From IMG/VR virus record IMGVR_UViG_3300017785_007857, positions 1 through 53,624 of that record: a stretch of 53,624 nt of DNA. One strand, 5' to 3'. The DNA is from a virus. Taxonomy: Duplodnaviria; Caudoviricetes. Numbering within the stretch: the first letter of the stretch is position 1; every line of letters starts with the position of its first letter. Of this stretch, positions 19,801 to 26,817 are shown piece by piece. The notes under the pieces are model-generated. The model was not told where the DNA came from and searched no databases. It saw only the letters and a list, made by a program, of their open reading frames with translations. The translations under genes were made by a program, and so were the position numbers.

Positions 19801-21934
19801 TTGGCTGTTTTGATTTAGTGCCAAAGTTATACAATCGCATGCCAGCTTTAAATTCAAGAATAGGACGCTTGGCTCGTGACGTTTGATCAAACAACGCAGT
19901 GGTGTTGGTATACACAGCAGTGGCTTCAATGACCTCTCTATGAAACCAACGATTACTGCGGCTCCAGGCACTGAAATCTTCACTGGCACGATTTGATGTC
20001 AAGTAGTCTTGAATTGCTGGCTGATTTTGGTTTATATCATAATTTCCAATGTCATATGGCAAACTATCAAATGGAAGTACGCTGTTTTGAGTGTAGGTTT
20101 CTGGAGTGATAAACTCTGTGACCAGCAGTAGTTTTATAGCACTACCAACGCCTTCAACATAGTAGCTGTTACCAATATAGCTTGTTGGAACTACATTGTC
20201 AAAAAATGTAACCTTGAGACCGTTGGTAAACTCCACACCGTTGGGGCTGGTGTAATTTTTTTTACCTACAATATCAGCAATAAAGATTGTGGTGTCTTGA
20301 GTTTGGTCAATCAAACGAATAGCACCAAACATGCTGGGATTGGTACCGTCCTGATAATATATGGTATCTAATGCTGCTGTCAACAGAGGAATCTGTTCAA
20401 AGTATCCATCACTGTTTTTAAACCATTTTGTATTGCTGTAAACTTCGCCACTGACAATGTTAAATTGCTCAAAGTTACTGACTGCCAGTGTGGGCTGTAG
20501 GCTGAGATAGATTCTGCCATCCAACGCGGTTTCGTATTTGACGATATAGACTTGATATCTATCTGTTTTTGTCAGGATGGGAGTGTTGGTACTAAATCCA
20601 TCAATGTCGTATGTGCCAGGTTCACTGACTCCGGTGGTTGGTGGATTAGGACTATAAAACTGAGTTCGGACCCATCCATAGGCCGTGGCATCTTCAGCAT
20701 CGGTAATTGGAAACTGATCAACAAAAACCACAGTGTTGTCCTGCAGATTGGTAATGCCATCAATGCCGTTGGGATTGGCAGCAATAAAATCATCAAGGTA
20801 CTGGTTGTTTATCTGCGCAAATGTCAACTCACTGACTAGATCAACATTGGGTATTTCTGTCAACGAGTAATAAAAGTTTTGCGCAGTTTTTAGTGGAACG
20901 TTAAATGTCACTGTGCCTAAATCTTCACCGTTGTTGACTACCCCCAGAACATCACGACTTGATATATTGGGGTTACCTGGCATTTTGCCATCAACTCCTG
21001 GTGCTGCCTGAAGATAAAACTTTGGACCATCGCCCGGCACAGGATCAACAATGTTAAATGTTCCTCGCATTGTTTCGCTGGTTTCGGCTGCATAAAACAG
21101 TGTATCCGGTGCGTCATAGGGAACTGTAAATGTCACCTGTCCTTGACTTGCACCGTTGTTGACCACACCATTGTTGTAGAGGTTGGTTTTTCCAGTGGTG
21201 GCAATTGTTTTTATATAAAACGGAAAGTCGCCGCCCAGTGTCAACGTAAACTGATAGGTGTTGCCTCTAATCAATGTTAGAACCGGATTGGGTTCAAAGT
21301 CTATTAGATAGGCCGAACTACCACGATTACTGACTCTAAACGTAAAGGTCGTTACTAGATTTTGTGTGACTTTAAAATTGTATGATCCACCACGCACCAA
21401 AGTTAGAGTTGGATTTTGTGCTGTATTTGAAAAATCAAAACTATAATATCCGTTGTTGCGAGTGACATTGATGTCGGCTTTGTAGGGGATTTGCTCGCCG
21501 GCCACCGACACTGCAAACGGTCCTGCTGGTAACCAATAGTACTCAGCAAAGTTAACCATTTTATCATAGTCAATAAATGGATCCCATGCATAATAGTCAC
21601 TGACAAATAGTCTGTCAGCGCGAGTAGTGTCGGCGCCTTGCAGTGCCAACGCATCTAATATACCAGGATAGGTTATGGCGTCAACTGTGTCTTCACGATC
21701 TCGGTTGGTGATTACTACACCGGGCTCAAGTTGATAATTTGATCGTTCAACGCTGGGCTCTATAACATAATAGTCGTTGGCATTGACCCCGGGTCCAATT
21801 CTACGACCAATAAAACCTTGAGTTGAACTAAAGTTTGGTTCTTGAATCAGTTGGTCAAGCGTACCAGCAAGAAATTGCCGGTTAACTGGAGTCTGAAATA
21901 TTTCAGGTAAAAATTCTACGCTTCGTACGGCCAT
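7793..21934 (-). CDS. Giant multidomain virion protein (baseplate wedge/fibre platform, at the gp7-equivalent position)
   Basis: 4713-aa ORF directly downstream of the gp6-like gene; FG-GAP-like propeller repeats (FGYSVAISKDERWLYIGAPG), CBM5/12-like repeats (WAPNVKYTKGEIV, WVPSDTFDNGTLV) and repeated FD-x3-[FY]D motifs. Confidence 0.8.
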   Translation of the reverse strand: MAVRSVEFLPEIFQTPVNRQFLAGTLDQLIQEPNFSSTQGFIGRRIGPGVNANDYYVIEPSVERSNYQLEPGVVITNRDREDTVDAITYPGILDALALQGADTTRADRLFVSDYYAWDPFIDYDKMVNFAEYYWLPAGPFAVSVAGEQIPYKADINVTRNNGYYSFDFSNTAQNPTLTLVRGGSYNFKVTQNLVTTFTFRVSNRGSSAYLIDFEPNPVLTLIRGNTYQFTLTLGGDFPFYIKTIATTGKTNLYNNGVVNNGASQGQVTFTVPYDAPDTLFYAAETSETMRGTFNIVDPVPGDGPKFYLQAAPGVDGKMPGNPNISSRDVLGVVNNGEDLGTVTFNVPLKTAQNFYYSLTEIPNVDLVSELTFAQINNQYLDDFIAANPNGIDGITNLQDNTVVFVDQFPITDAEDATAYGWVRTQFYSPNPPTTGVSEPGTYDIDGFSTNTPILTKTDRYQVYIVKYETALDGRIYLSLQPTLAVSNFEQFNIVSGEVYSNTKWFKNSDGYFEQIPLLTAALDTIYYQDGTNPSMFGAIRLIDQTQDTTIFIADIVGKKNYTSPNGVEFTNGLKVTFFDNVVPTSYIGNSYYVEGVGSAIKLLLVTEFITPETYTQNSVLPFDSLPYDIGNYDINQNQPAIQDYLTSNRASEDFSAWSRSNRWFHREVIEATAVYTNTTALFDQTSRAKRPILEFKAGMRLYNFGTKSKQPINIIDLTTVDAFSQVAGQTQYNIDGYALTDGSRVIFAADTSADVRNRVYEVVFITPDTEPPLIAQPIINLVATTDSLPLINDTVVCMNGISNQGISFWYDGVSWNRAQQKTKTNQAPLFDLFDQDGVSLTDQIKYPGSSFTGTKLFSYAQGTGANDVVLNFPLRYLTISNVGDIVFDNNLYTDTFLYVINRSSIESDISIGFARQYSSREVYQSLLGWQPAVTQSRSLQQFRFSYNGDPLLLDIKISDVPVAVDAPEPVPNLKVYAGSTFVPPSKYLVTTTPNTTTIRLYETYLDTDVIEVLAYSDQVSQVGFYQVPINLQNNPFNANSASFTLGTVRTHYNSIGENLTELRGAINGTNNSRDLGNIVPYGETIVQQSSPLTLSGLFLRLPDYNVFSSIDFNSREYVKYKTLLLDTLAKNDYTNLTTAQILTSVISDITLGRTESNAFYWSDMLPAGAVFTQNSYTYTAISTPVFETVQVYNFTSSNYLGLNVFVNNRLLTREFEFNTIVDSASLEITTLLAVGDVILIQEFSSTVGSFCPNTPTKMGLYPSWRPQIYVDTSYVEPTTIILGHDGSKTVAFGDFRDDVLLEFENRIFNNIKIVSPIPILPEDIIPGAFRTTDYSAQEVQEVFAGEFLSWIGWNKLDYNRQDYSAQNSFTWNYDQAGNKLNGQVLPGAWRGIYLDFYDTVTPHTTPWEMLGLTQKPTWWNDRYGPAPYTSGNLVLWDDLEAGLVTDPAGFYMKPAFARPGLTKIIPVGPTGELLSPFESIVGAYDPSGFRHSWQTGDYGPVEYSWRASSSYPFAVMRLFALTRPAEFFSLLADRDLYKYNTTLNQFLYNDRYRLDANGIEIYGLGTSKASFINWIVDYNAYLGNLQAPQTLGTALKRLDVRLCYRMASFSNKQYLKLFLEKPSPASLNTTLLIPDNGFDLLLYKNQPFDAVSYSSVIVQQVDNGYQVFGYSTVEPYFQVLVSRPSGQLQEISGGGSTVKVPAQYTTDIVRIPYGYTFVNDTVMVDFLLSYGKFLESRGFSFGTIENGYTINWQQMAVEFLYWSNQGWGPGSLINLNPSAKELFVQRDNAVVDSIVTLSPDNQIQDQNKQLLGVQNLIIERFNNEFRASTQDNQVISFVNLKFTAYEHLIVFRNVTVFGDLIYDPTTGARQNRLRLFGNLTNDWNGQLNAPGFILNQDNIEEWAPNVKYTKGEIVLFKNNYWSALTIVQPKEKFDFNDWAASDREKIQTGLLPNIPNKADQLANSYNVNVANLESDNDLLAYGLIGFRPRQYMAALDLDDVSQVNVYKQFLGSKGTIESVRLLTNANFDKEGADYTVYENWAIQAGVYGAQANRSYVDLRLNQALLTANPSVVQIITTGQSSIADQAIELANVWSTSTVLMSTDIFPTITLGFTDDTYPSAGYVNLEDADITVFSLDDSTVLNQYLSVIGVGTSIWVAKVNDYDWNIYRAEDVPGQLSTVTDNLDGTSILTFTAQHRLSVGDTIIVKFFDDTVNGVYKVIRIPSLTTVSIVFAFTNPSQIVATGVGLVLRLQTMRVAQASDAIDLPYVNNIQPGSLIWVDNNGFGKWQVLQKNSPVESLTSIAPGDTEPAFTRFGYALAQRQDNSIVLVGQPDQANDRGGVVNFGSIDVGSYTQGSTLSLRSAVDVVNYGSSLSVGNNTYGSAGAPNSAALKGYASVLVFDELSSGFFESQILLALDSPGAAEFGYSVAISKDERWLYIGAPGVDDVYAYGKVDVESQINTFVTTSTQQVFPLTGIQFNVGSQLTVVYNGQTLTYIRDYAVTSNTVNLTFFPILGSTLVISRSKLTQLDRQEFFGLTANVTTGVGSGAIFNVDVVRGKYTAFVSTKGTLYSLGDTLTIYGTQFGGTAPLNNCVITVTDVGILGTIEAYTTSGFFVPLSGLVKTFNLANYLYSASGYDSITIAVDGTLYRPVLDYTMAGTTVTFLRNPDVGSTIIVTASTYFKYVTSFTAASGGERFGTALSSGTDGRQIVVGTPNATVSGTATAGKVFVFDRSAQRFQVTDARVLTYTPAQPLVNPTTVLLNGVLQYSNQYYYNGTYSSNGTAITFLIDLAIGDIIEIETNQFTQIQTLTSSDVEEGAKYGFALDFCPNNCSIYISAPFYSGVLPQAGSVERTVNQSRVFGIITNINQNPALTAGNTLRINDYEVAVPAGSTAAVRLTAFAAAIASSVPNVTASVTNGYLTIQVQNLAASTPLNRLTVLPGAVGSAFTTLGYTTFAYAQTISSPYPQDYAQFGYAVNIDSSAEILTVGTPNGTLIIPTTFDDDTTIFDSLSTTFSDYTPQSGVVYTFNFLPAASSSIANFGNFIFGQEIYDDSVTQYDEFGISISYVNNILLVGSPGKEKQDSTIDALGRVALFINPTYLPAWQVISQQQPIVNIRLLNSVSMYDRLISTTNQFFDFFNPLQGKILGPAQRNIDYVGAVNPAVYNVGQSTPGNTWFETHLGEIWWDTARVRFVDPNTGNIDYAAKRWGQVFPGSQVDVYQWIQSSQLPANYTGPGEVYSILEYTVTTVLNTQGIVENIYYYWVKNVPTVATAAEKTLSTEVIARYIEDPRSSGISYIAPVSANAIAIYNGADYIKASDTILHIEYDQTPNDANVHVVYDLVPENRIDGVLNPQLYLKFIDSLSGINVSGLPVPDPNLPYAMRYGVDFRPRQSMFIDRLLAGQNFVRFTNNVLAQFPMSELNISFALLNSAEPAPSTLSGEWDMQVANLEQLSWQNIQIQPVGYRYLVDSDSTNFGFWTIYTVTQVSSVAVKTLLLTKVQGYDTRQYWSYIDWYASTYNPSLLAIAEISNYANLATLTVPLGSFVRVTANSQSKWEIYQKTAIGWDRVGLQDGTIAISIGLFDYAEGRIGYDAEVFDTQYFDYSPEVETRKIVEAVNQQLFVDDLAIYRNELLILMFDYILSEQEAPSWLGKTSLIDVTHKIRQLLPFQNYRRDNQNFVLDYINEVKPYHVQIRQFNLQYDGADEFQGDLSDFDLPSYYDTSLVPAQYVSPILDYDGSFSNDVSAFPPNAAVWQAWPYSQWLNNYLLYLSTIRIDNAGSGYIFAPTITITGTATRLGTAEAFINSAGEISSITITDPGEGYLTTPIITITGGSGTGARLVPIMTHQAVRTFKVSLKYDRYQYRQTFVPWVPSDTFDNGTLVSYDNRIWEANSPDSSGVNTATFDPTDWILMPPGELSGVDRTMGYYVPNPTIPGRVLPLLIDGVEYPGTILEPVPFDAATGFDSDPYDLYPFDNIQNSPEGGFTYSDTILDTIFTSRFLDSYIGTRPYDLVTDGGAFVDTYSSFAPEELVPGAEFDTLDLRVYTRPGADWDFDGHGFAIANFRYEWTSDNPSFSFAGLLPYPATAQLTNITQRIDYDTYQYSVDWTTQTVTVDSADVSINPNDVLMIRAFEVGGGNQLLRLSYIGNGASRSIILDVTISEIQEIVVWVNGSLYTSSYSWNAVVGAPNKTELVFSEIFTNLDYINVTVLGVSPGTTVRSWSDPVTQYITVEDSNIIIYDLDNSLQGSNQDELIVERNGVRVRPGSDIEYYEDGSTDYFLPTRNVDSQEYIANNDVHVYVNDVYQSYGSDFVLSAWTGTQDRYISFTATPATGARILICVTTYAQYFIDAGQIIFRLSSIFTIANGDVISITTWNDTSQQDIITKLWKGSVQIGVGVSEPFDSTNYSPDTLLFDPGSFDYSASTITFVNDFDLGRANVDPTRIWVYYNGYRLVNGIGYTVQPQDGTSYLILPFVISNNDVVAVTMATNSIVPEAMAFRIFQDMRGLQLTYRMTPATTTELTQILYADDDVVHVSSASALGQPNVSINIWGVITVNAERIMYRYRNTVNNTVSGLLRGTAGTAATTHLSGSTVYDMSRGNLLPSQYQNYLVSENFSSNGTQTTFVITAFTLLNIDSTTLAEETLRVIVGGRTLLISEYTVLNEEPLTVQLANQVPSGVEITFAVYRGDGWYQPGIAEPSDGRPLQLTETTAARFLRGL

Positions 21935-24900
21935 TAAATTACTCCACTGCCGGGGGCAGTCTGTAGGTTAGTGCTAGTCAATGAGGCAATAATTTCAATA
22001 TCAGCTACCGTGGCACCATTGACAAAAATTTCGTCAGGGGCAGATCTAATTTCATATAGATCACCAAAACTCTTTTGTGGGTTTAACGGAACCAGCACCA
22101 CAGAACTCACCACGGTTCCTATTTCACTGTGAATGTAAGCACTTAGTTCTGAAAAGTAAAAAGTATCTCCAAAGTTCCACTTGTCAATGGTAAAATAGCT
22201 GTTCAACGCACTTATAACCAAATCTTTGATTTCACTGTCTGACGCTGTGGATTTGGCAGCGCGAACAACTTTTATAATTGCTCGTAGATTAGATTCAGCT
22301 TTGGAACCAAACAATGGTTTAAACACCACTGAATTTAAAATCAGTTGATCTGAAATCATTTTGAAATTTTGCAGACCTTGATACTGCGTGTTGAGCTCAT
22401 CAATGGTGGGAGGCTCTGGGTAGGGCACAGTATTGGTTGTGTCTTTGATCCAATTTTGATAGGCTGTGTAGTAGGTCTGAGTCACTACATAGACATCAAT
22501 GATATTTGAAGTAGCCGGGTCAATTCTTGAACTCAATGGACTATTGGCTCGATATTGGAAATAGAGATCTTGTCGTCCGGGCTGTGCAATGTAGTCACCC
22601 TCGGTGACCTCAACCAATGTTCGTTGCAGTGTAATTGTGTCAACCTCAATTTGATAAAATACAACTTCAGCGGTTGCATAGAAAACCTGTCCAGGAATGT
22701 ATTGCGATTTTACTAGATCAATCTGCGCCAGTGTTGCGTAGTTGTAATTTACAACACCAAAGTTGATCAACAGATATCTTTCTAGTCCATCAAAATCAAC
22801 TGTTTTTTGTAAAAACACATAGCTGCCAGTTGGCACAATCGCACTAAAAAAATCTGGATCATCAGGAGTTCCGTTTTGATCATTATCTTCAAAACTCACC
22901 AACACTTGGAAGTCATCAACTTCTCCGTCACTTTGCACCGGTTGTCCAACAATCTGCATGGCAATATCACCTGGCAACGGCTGATTGCTGTTGGCCTGAC
23001 TGTTGCTTTTTAAAACTTTGATATAGTCTTTGATTGTGGTACCAGTGCGTGGATCAAATATTGCACTGCCGTATCTATAAAAAAATCTAGTTTGAATCAC
23101 GCTGCCAAAATTATACGTCAACTGCCGTGTGGTAAGAGTGTACTGTAGTCCATTGGTAATAAACTGCATGATCCAGCTGGCATCTAAATTTTGTCCTGTG
23201 GTATTTTGCGCATTAGTCAAACTAAACGCGGCACCCTGTGCCAAGTTGGTTGATGTTATCAAGTACCAAGTTGCAGTTAGGTTGTTATAACCTAGTCCAA
23301 AATTACGATACACACGAATCTGTTCACGCATTTCAGTTTCTATTGTGCTTGGTAGGTCAGTTATGAATATTGGTATGACTTCAGATAACACTGCATCTGT
23401 TGGCACAAATGTATCCAGTATAACCGGGCCTGTTCCATCAGGATTGTTGCCTTCGCCTAACCCAGTGCCATCTAATTCAACTGCCACGGGACTGGCCCAG
23501 ATATATGTTTTATCTGTGTCTAAGGTACTGGCACCTAACACCAGTCGGTTGTCAGCATCAAAATGATACCCTGTTGGGGGTACAAATTTAATCAAACTCT
23601 GAGGAACAATGAATCTTAGATTACTGCTGTTAAATGGGCCAATTGGCGCTGGCAATCCAGTAGGTGCTACAAAATATCCAGTGGTTTCATTTACCACGGT
23701 GGTGCTTTGATTCCAGGTTGTATCAAGTCCTATCAGTTGAGGTCTAGTGTAGTTGGCGTAGTAAAATTGCAGAGTCCCAACTTGATTCAACAGAGGTTGT
23801 ACAACATTTGTAATCACATCAGCAATGTCGTTGATGGTAAACCATGAAAAAATCACAGTGGGCAATGTTAGATTTGTAAACAGTGCACCGTCGCTGGCAA
23901 AAACATTTGTACTTGAGTACTTGCCAGTGGCATCAATTAATTCAAGGTACCTTGATGTGCCAATTGCTGATCTTGCCACTGCCTTGGATTTAATAATGCT
24001 TGAAAATTCAGTGTAAGGAAATAAGTTATAGTCTTCACCATTGACCATGCGATTCTGTGTGTAGTATCTTGCTGGCGCACGTTGCTTGATCTCGGCAATG
24101 CTTTCACGACTTTGTGCATTACTGACCGGGGTCTGCAAACTACATGTGAAAGTTATTGCTTCGGTGCGTCCTGTTCTGCTGACGTAACTGATACTGGCAG
24201 TGACATTGGACATCTCTTCTGGATTAATAATGTAAGTCAATCCGTTTGAAGCTCGCACATACGATCTAAAATTACCCACTGGTATGGCTGAAAATACTCC
24301 ATCACCAAATGTTAGAGTAATTTGATCGTTGGTGCGACTTTGTGTGGAGTAAATTGATCTTGGTGTTGTGGAAATTTGTTCTGCTGCCGCAGTGTAGATA
24401 TTTTGTACGTATTCCCACTCAGTAGTGACTGTGCCAACATTGTCTAACTGAAACAACCAACGATCATCGTTGTTGATTCCTTCAATGTTGATATTGACTG
24501 TGCGATTTGTCACACGTTCTGCCAAGTTAAAATCTTGATTTTGCAGAACACCTTGCTTGAACAAGAAAAAGTAGCCGGTGTTGGGAGACCCAAATCCCAA
24601 TTGATCGTTTTTGTAAACAATATTGAATGGGCTGTCGGGCCTTGGGGCAGGTTCATACAGTTGACTACTGCCCTTGGCAGTGGCACTGACCAGTTCAAAC
24701 GGCATTGATATCCCATCAACCACCGAGGTGTAAGGAATCACAGGAATAAAGCCTGGAACTAAATTTACAGCATATTCATCGTTTTTGACACCAAGAATGT
24801 ATTGACTGTTGCCGGGTCTACCCACACGCTGTGAATCAACTAATGCAGCATTGATGACAGATGTAAACTGCTCAAGCCAATTTGGGTTGGTAGGATCATT

Positions 24901-25332
24901 CCAATTTATAGTGATGTTAGAAAGATTAGCCCCAGTGTAATCAGTGATGTTTTCTGTGGTGCTGACTGCAATGACCTTGACTGTGCCTTGTGCTTCAATG
25001 TTGCGCTTGGATGTGTAACTTACTAGATTGGCCAACCGTGTGACTGAATCTCTGCGTTCAGCGGTATCAAGATAATTTTCTCTGGCGTTTAAATCTGATC
25101 TAAACGCCAGGGCTTGTCCCATAAATGCCATTACATCCAAGAGTGCAATAAACTCTGAGCTTTCAATGTAATCATTGAAGGTCTCTGGGTAATAGAGGCG
25201 AAGATAATCTACAAAACTTTTGCGTAGAGTTTCAAAATCGTAACTTTGAAAATCAGCTTCACGATAGGTTTGATAGATTTGCTTCCAATCTTCAACCCCA
25301 AAAATTGCGGTTTGTCTGGTGGTAATGGCCAT
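21934..25332 (-). CDS. Baseplate wedge subunit, T4 gp6-like
   Basis: DFETLRKSFVDYL...SSEFIALLDVMA...RENYLDTAERRDSV..LA; FGDGVFSAIP; ESIAEIKQRAPARYYTQNRMVNGEDY. Confidence 0.9.
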   Translation of the reverse strand: MAITTRQTAIFGVEDWKQIYQTYREADFQSYDFETLRKSFVDYLRLYYPETFNDYIESSEFIALLDVMAFMGQALAFRSDLNARENYLDTAERRDSVTRLANLVSYTSKRNIEAQGTVKVIAVSTTENITDYTGANLSNITINWNDPTNPNWLEQFTSVINAALVDSQRVGRPGNSQYILGVKNDEYAVNLVPGFIPVIPYTSVVDGISMPFELVSATAKGSSQLYEPAPRPDSPFNIVYKNDQLGFGSPNTGYFFLFKQGVLQNQDFNLAERVTNRTVNINIEGINNDDRWLFQLDNVGTVTTEWEYVQNIYTAAAEQISTTPRSIYSTQSRTNDQITLTFGDGVFSAIPVGNFRSYVRASNGLTYIINPEEMSNVTASISYVSRTGRTEAITFTCSLQTPVSNAQSRESIAEIKQRAPARYYTQNRMVNGEDYNLFPYTEFSSIIKSKAVARSAIGTSRYLELIDATGKYSSTNVFASDGALFTNLTLPTVIFSWFTINDIADVITNVVQPLLNQVGTLQFYYANYTRPQLIGLDTTWNQSTTVVNETTGYFVAPTGLPAPIGPFNSSNLRFIVPQSLIKFVPPTGYHFDADNRLVLGASTLDTDKTYIWASPVAVELDGTGLGEGNNPDGTGPVILDTFVPTDAVLSEVIPIFITDLPSTIETEMREQIRVYRNFGLGYNNLTATWYLITSTNLAQGAAFSLTNAQNTTGQNLDASWIMQFITNGLQYTLTTRQLTYNFGSVIQTRFFYRYGSAIFDPRTGTTIKDYIKVLKSNSQANSNQPLPGDIAMQIVGQPVQSDGEVDDFQVLVSFEDNDQNGTPDDPDFFSAIVPTGSYVFLQKTVDFDGLERYLLINFGVVNYNYATLAQIDLVKSQYIPGQVFYATAEVVFYQIEVDTITLQRTLVEVTEGDYIAQPGRQDLYFQYRANSPLSSRIDPATSNIIDVYVVTQTYYTAYQNWIKDTTNTVPYPEPPTIDELNTQYQGLQNFKMISDQLILNSVVFKPLFGSKAESNLRAIIKVVRAAKSTASDSEIKDLVISALNSYFTIDKWNFGDTFYFSELSAYIHSEIGTVVSSVVLVPLNPQKSFGDLYEIRSAPDEIFVNGATVADIEIIASLTSTNLQTAPGSGVI

Positions 25333-25350
25333 AGTTTCTCACTGTTCCAG

Positions 25351-25379
25351 TATTTATGGTGCGAAATAACCACGTAGTT
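25351..25379 (-). promoter_or_regulatory. Bipartite late promoter AACTACGTGGTT-N11-TAAATA
   Basis: Identical 12-mer and spacing at 33466-33494. Confidence 0.7.
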
Positions 25380-25752
25380 ATACGTAACTGGCCGAGCGGG
25401 TGAGTTGATCAAAAAAGATAGCCAAACGTTCAGCATCGCTAGACGGGGCATATTGTATTTCTAATTCAATTAACATACCATTGTCTTGAGCATAGACATA
25501 ACTGTTGATAACCTGCAATCTAGGATCTCCGCCGGCTACTCGCTGCACTTCACGATTTATTGAATTCACAAGTTCATCAGTGATATTTTCAAATAAATTA
25601 TCCCATAAACTAGTGCCATACTCGGGGCGTCCTGGCAGTTGACCTTGTCTGATGTTAAATGCGTTGAGTAAATCTCGTTTGATGAGCTCGGTGTCTACTA
25701 GCGTAAACTTTTTAAACTGGCCTTGAGTGTTAAATCCAATGAATGTGGGCAT
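25378..25752 (-). CDS. Baseplate wedge protein, gp25/GPW-like
   Basis: LIKRDLLNAFNIRQGQLPGRPEYGTSLWDNLFE...DPRL matches the GPW_gp25 pattern. Confidence 0.9.
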   Translation of the reverse strand: MPTFIGFNTQGQFKKFTLVDTELIKRDLLNAFNIRQGQLPGRPEYGTSLWDNLFENITDELVNSINREVQRVAGGDPRLQVINSYVYAQDNGMLIELEIQYAPSSDAERLAIFFDQLTRSASYV

Positions 25753-25761
25753 AATTTGTAT

Positions 25762-26817
25762 TTAACCTACTATACTTCTCAATGCACCCGTCAGACTATT
25801 AATGTTTAAATTAAAGCCTGTGCCTTGCTGTGCCAAAGTAGCTGCTTCAGTAAAGGATTGCGTTGAATAATTTGGGGTGGGAATTTTATTATTGCCAAGT
25901 ATACTTTTCACTGCCTGGTCCACCGAACTACGATTTACAGTGTTGTTGTATCCAACAGCTTTGGCTTCTCCTGTGGCGCCAATTGGTAGCTTGGTGCCCA
26001 CAAAACTCATTGCAAATTCACCTTGTTTGGCAAGTTTGTTGGCTTCGCCTACGATACTTGCTGGTGCGCTGCTTTTACTCCAGGCTATGGCTGATCCAGC
26101 ACCAAATTTATTGGCAACTTGCAGCAATGGTGCTATTTCTTTCACTGGCAAATTACTGGTTATTGCGCCGGCCTGACTCAAACTTGTGTAATTTGACTGC
26201 ATTAGACCTTGAAAAATATTGGTCTGCTTGTTGGTGTTGCCGGCAAAACTTGTTAGATTGCTGATGCCGTCTTTCCCAGTCCAAACACTGGGAGAATTCA
26301 AGACCGATGAAAGTTGAGCAGGGTCACTGCTCAGGTAGGCATCAGTGATGCCAGGTTTTAAATAACCTTGTTGTTCTAACTGCTGCGGCGAAATTCCAAA
26401 TTTACCAAGCCCCGTGGTGGCTGACACAGTTGAGGCAGATTGATTAAGACCCGCAGCAGTCTGAGCCAATAATCCCTGTACCTGAGTTGTATCAAGTGCT
26501 CCAATACCAGTGCTGGGTTGACTGGTTTTTAAAAAATTTGCTGTGTTGATTCCGTTGGCCACTGGCAATGCAGTCAACTTGCTGATGGTGGATGTGAGTC
26601 CTGACGTGGAATTTTTTGGTATCAATGCCAGTGCCGAAGACAATCCACCAGCTGCCTGTGTCAACGCACTGAGAGTGCTGCCCACAGATAAATTAGTCAA
26701 ACTTCCGGTACTAAACTGTGTATTAAAAATTTGTCGGGCCTGCGCTTCGCTGGTGCCGGCTGCAGCATCAACTTGGTAAGTCTTACCATCAGAAGAAACA
26801 AAATTATACTTTGGCAT
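25762..26817 (-). CDS. Baseplate-associated protein with a possible degenerate lysozyme-like domain
   Basis: 351 aa between the gp5-like and gp25-like genes; GLGKFGISPQQLEQQGYLKPG...VWTGKDGI. Confidence 0.45.
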   Translation of the reverse strand: MPKYNFVSSDGKTYQVDAAAGTSEAQARQIFNTQFSTGSLTNLSVGSTLSALTQAAGGLSSALALIPKNSTSGLTSTISKLTALPVANGINTANFLKTSQPSTGIGALDTTQVQGLLAQTAAGLNQSASTVSATTGLGKFGISPQQLEQQGYLKPGITDAYLSSDPAQLSSVLNSPSVWTGKDGISNLTSFAGNTNKQTNIFQGLMQSNYTSLSQAGAITSNLPVKEIAPLLQVANKFGAGSAIAWSKSSAPASIVGEANKLAKQGEFAMSFVGTKLPIGATGEAKAVGYNNTVNRSSVDQAVKSILGNNKIPTPNYSTQSFTEAATLAQQGTGFNLNINSLTGALRSIVG

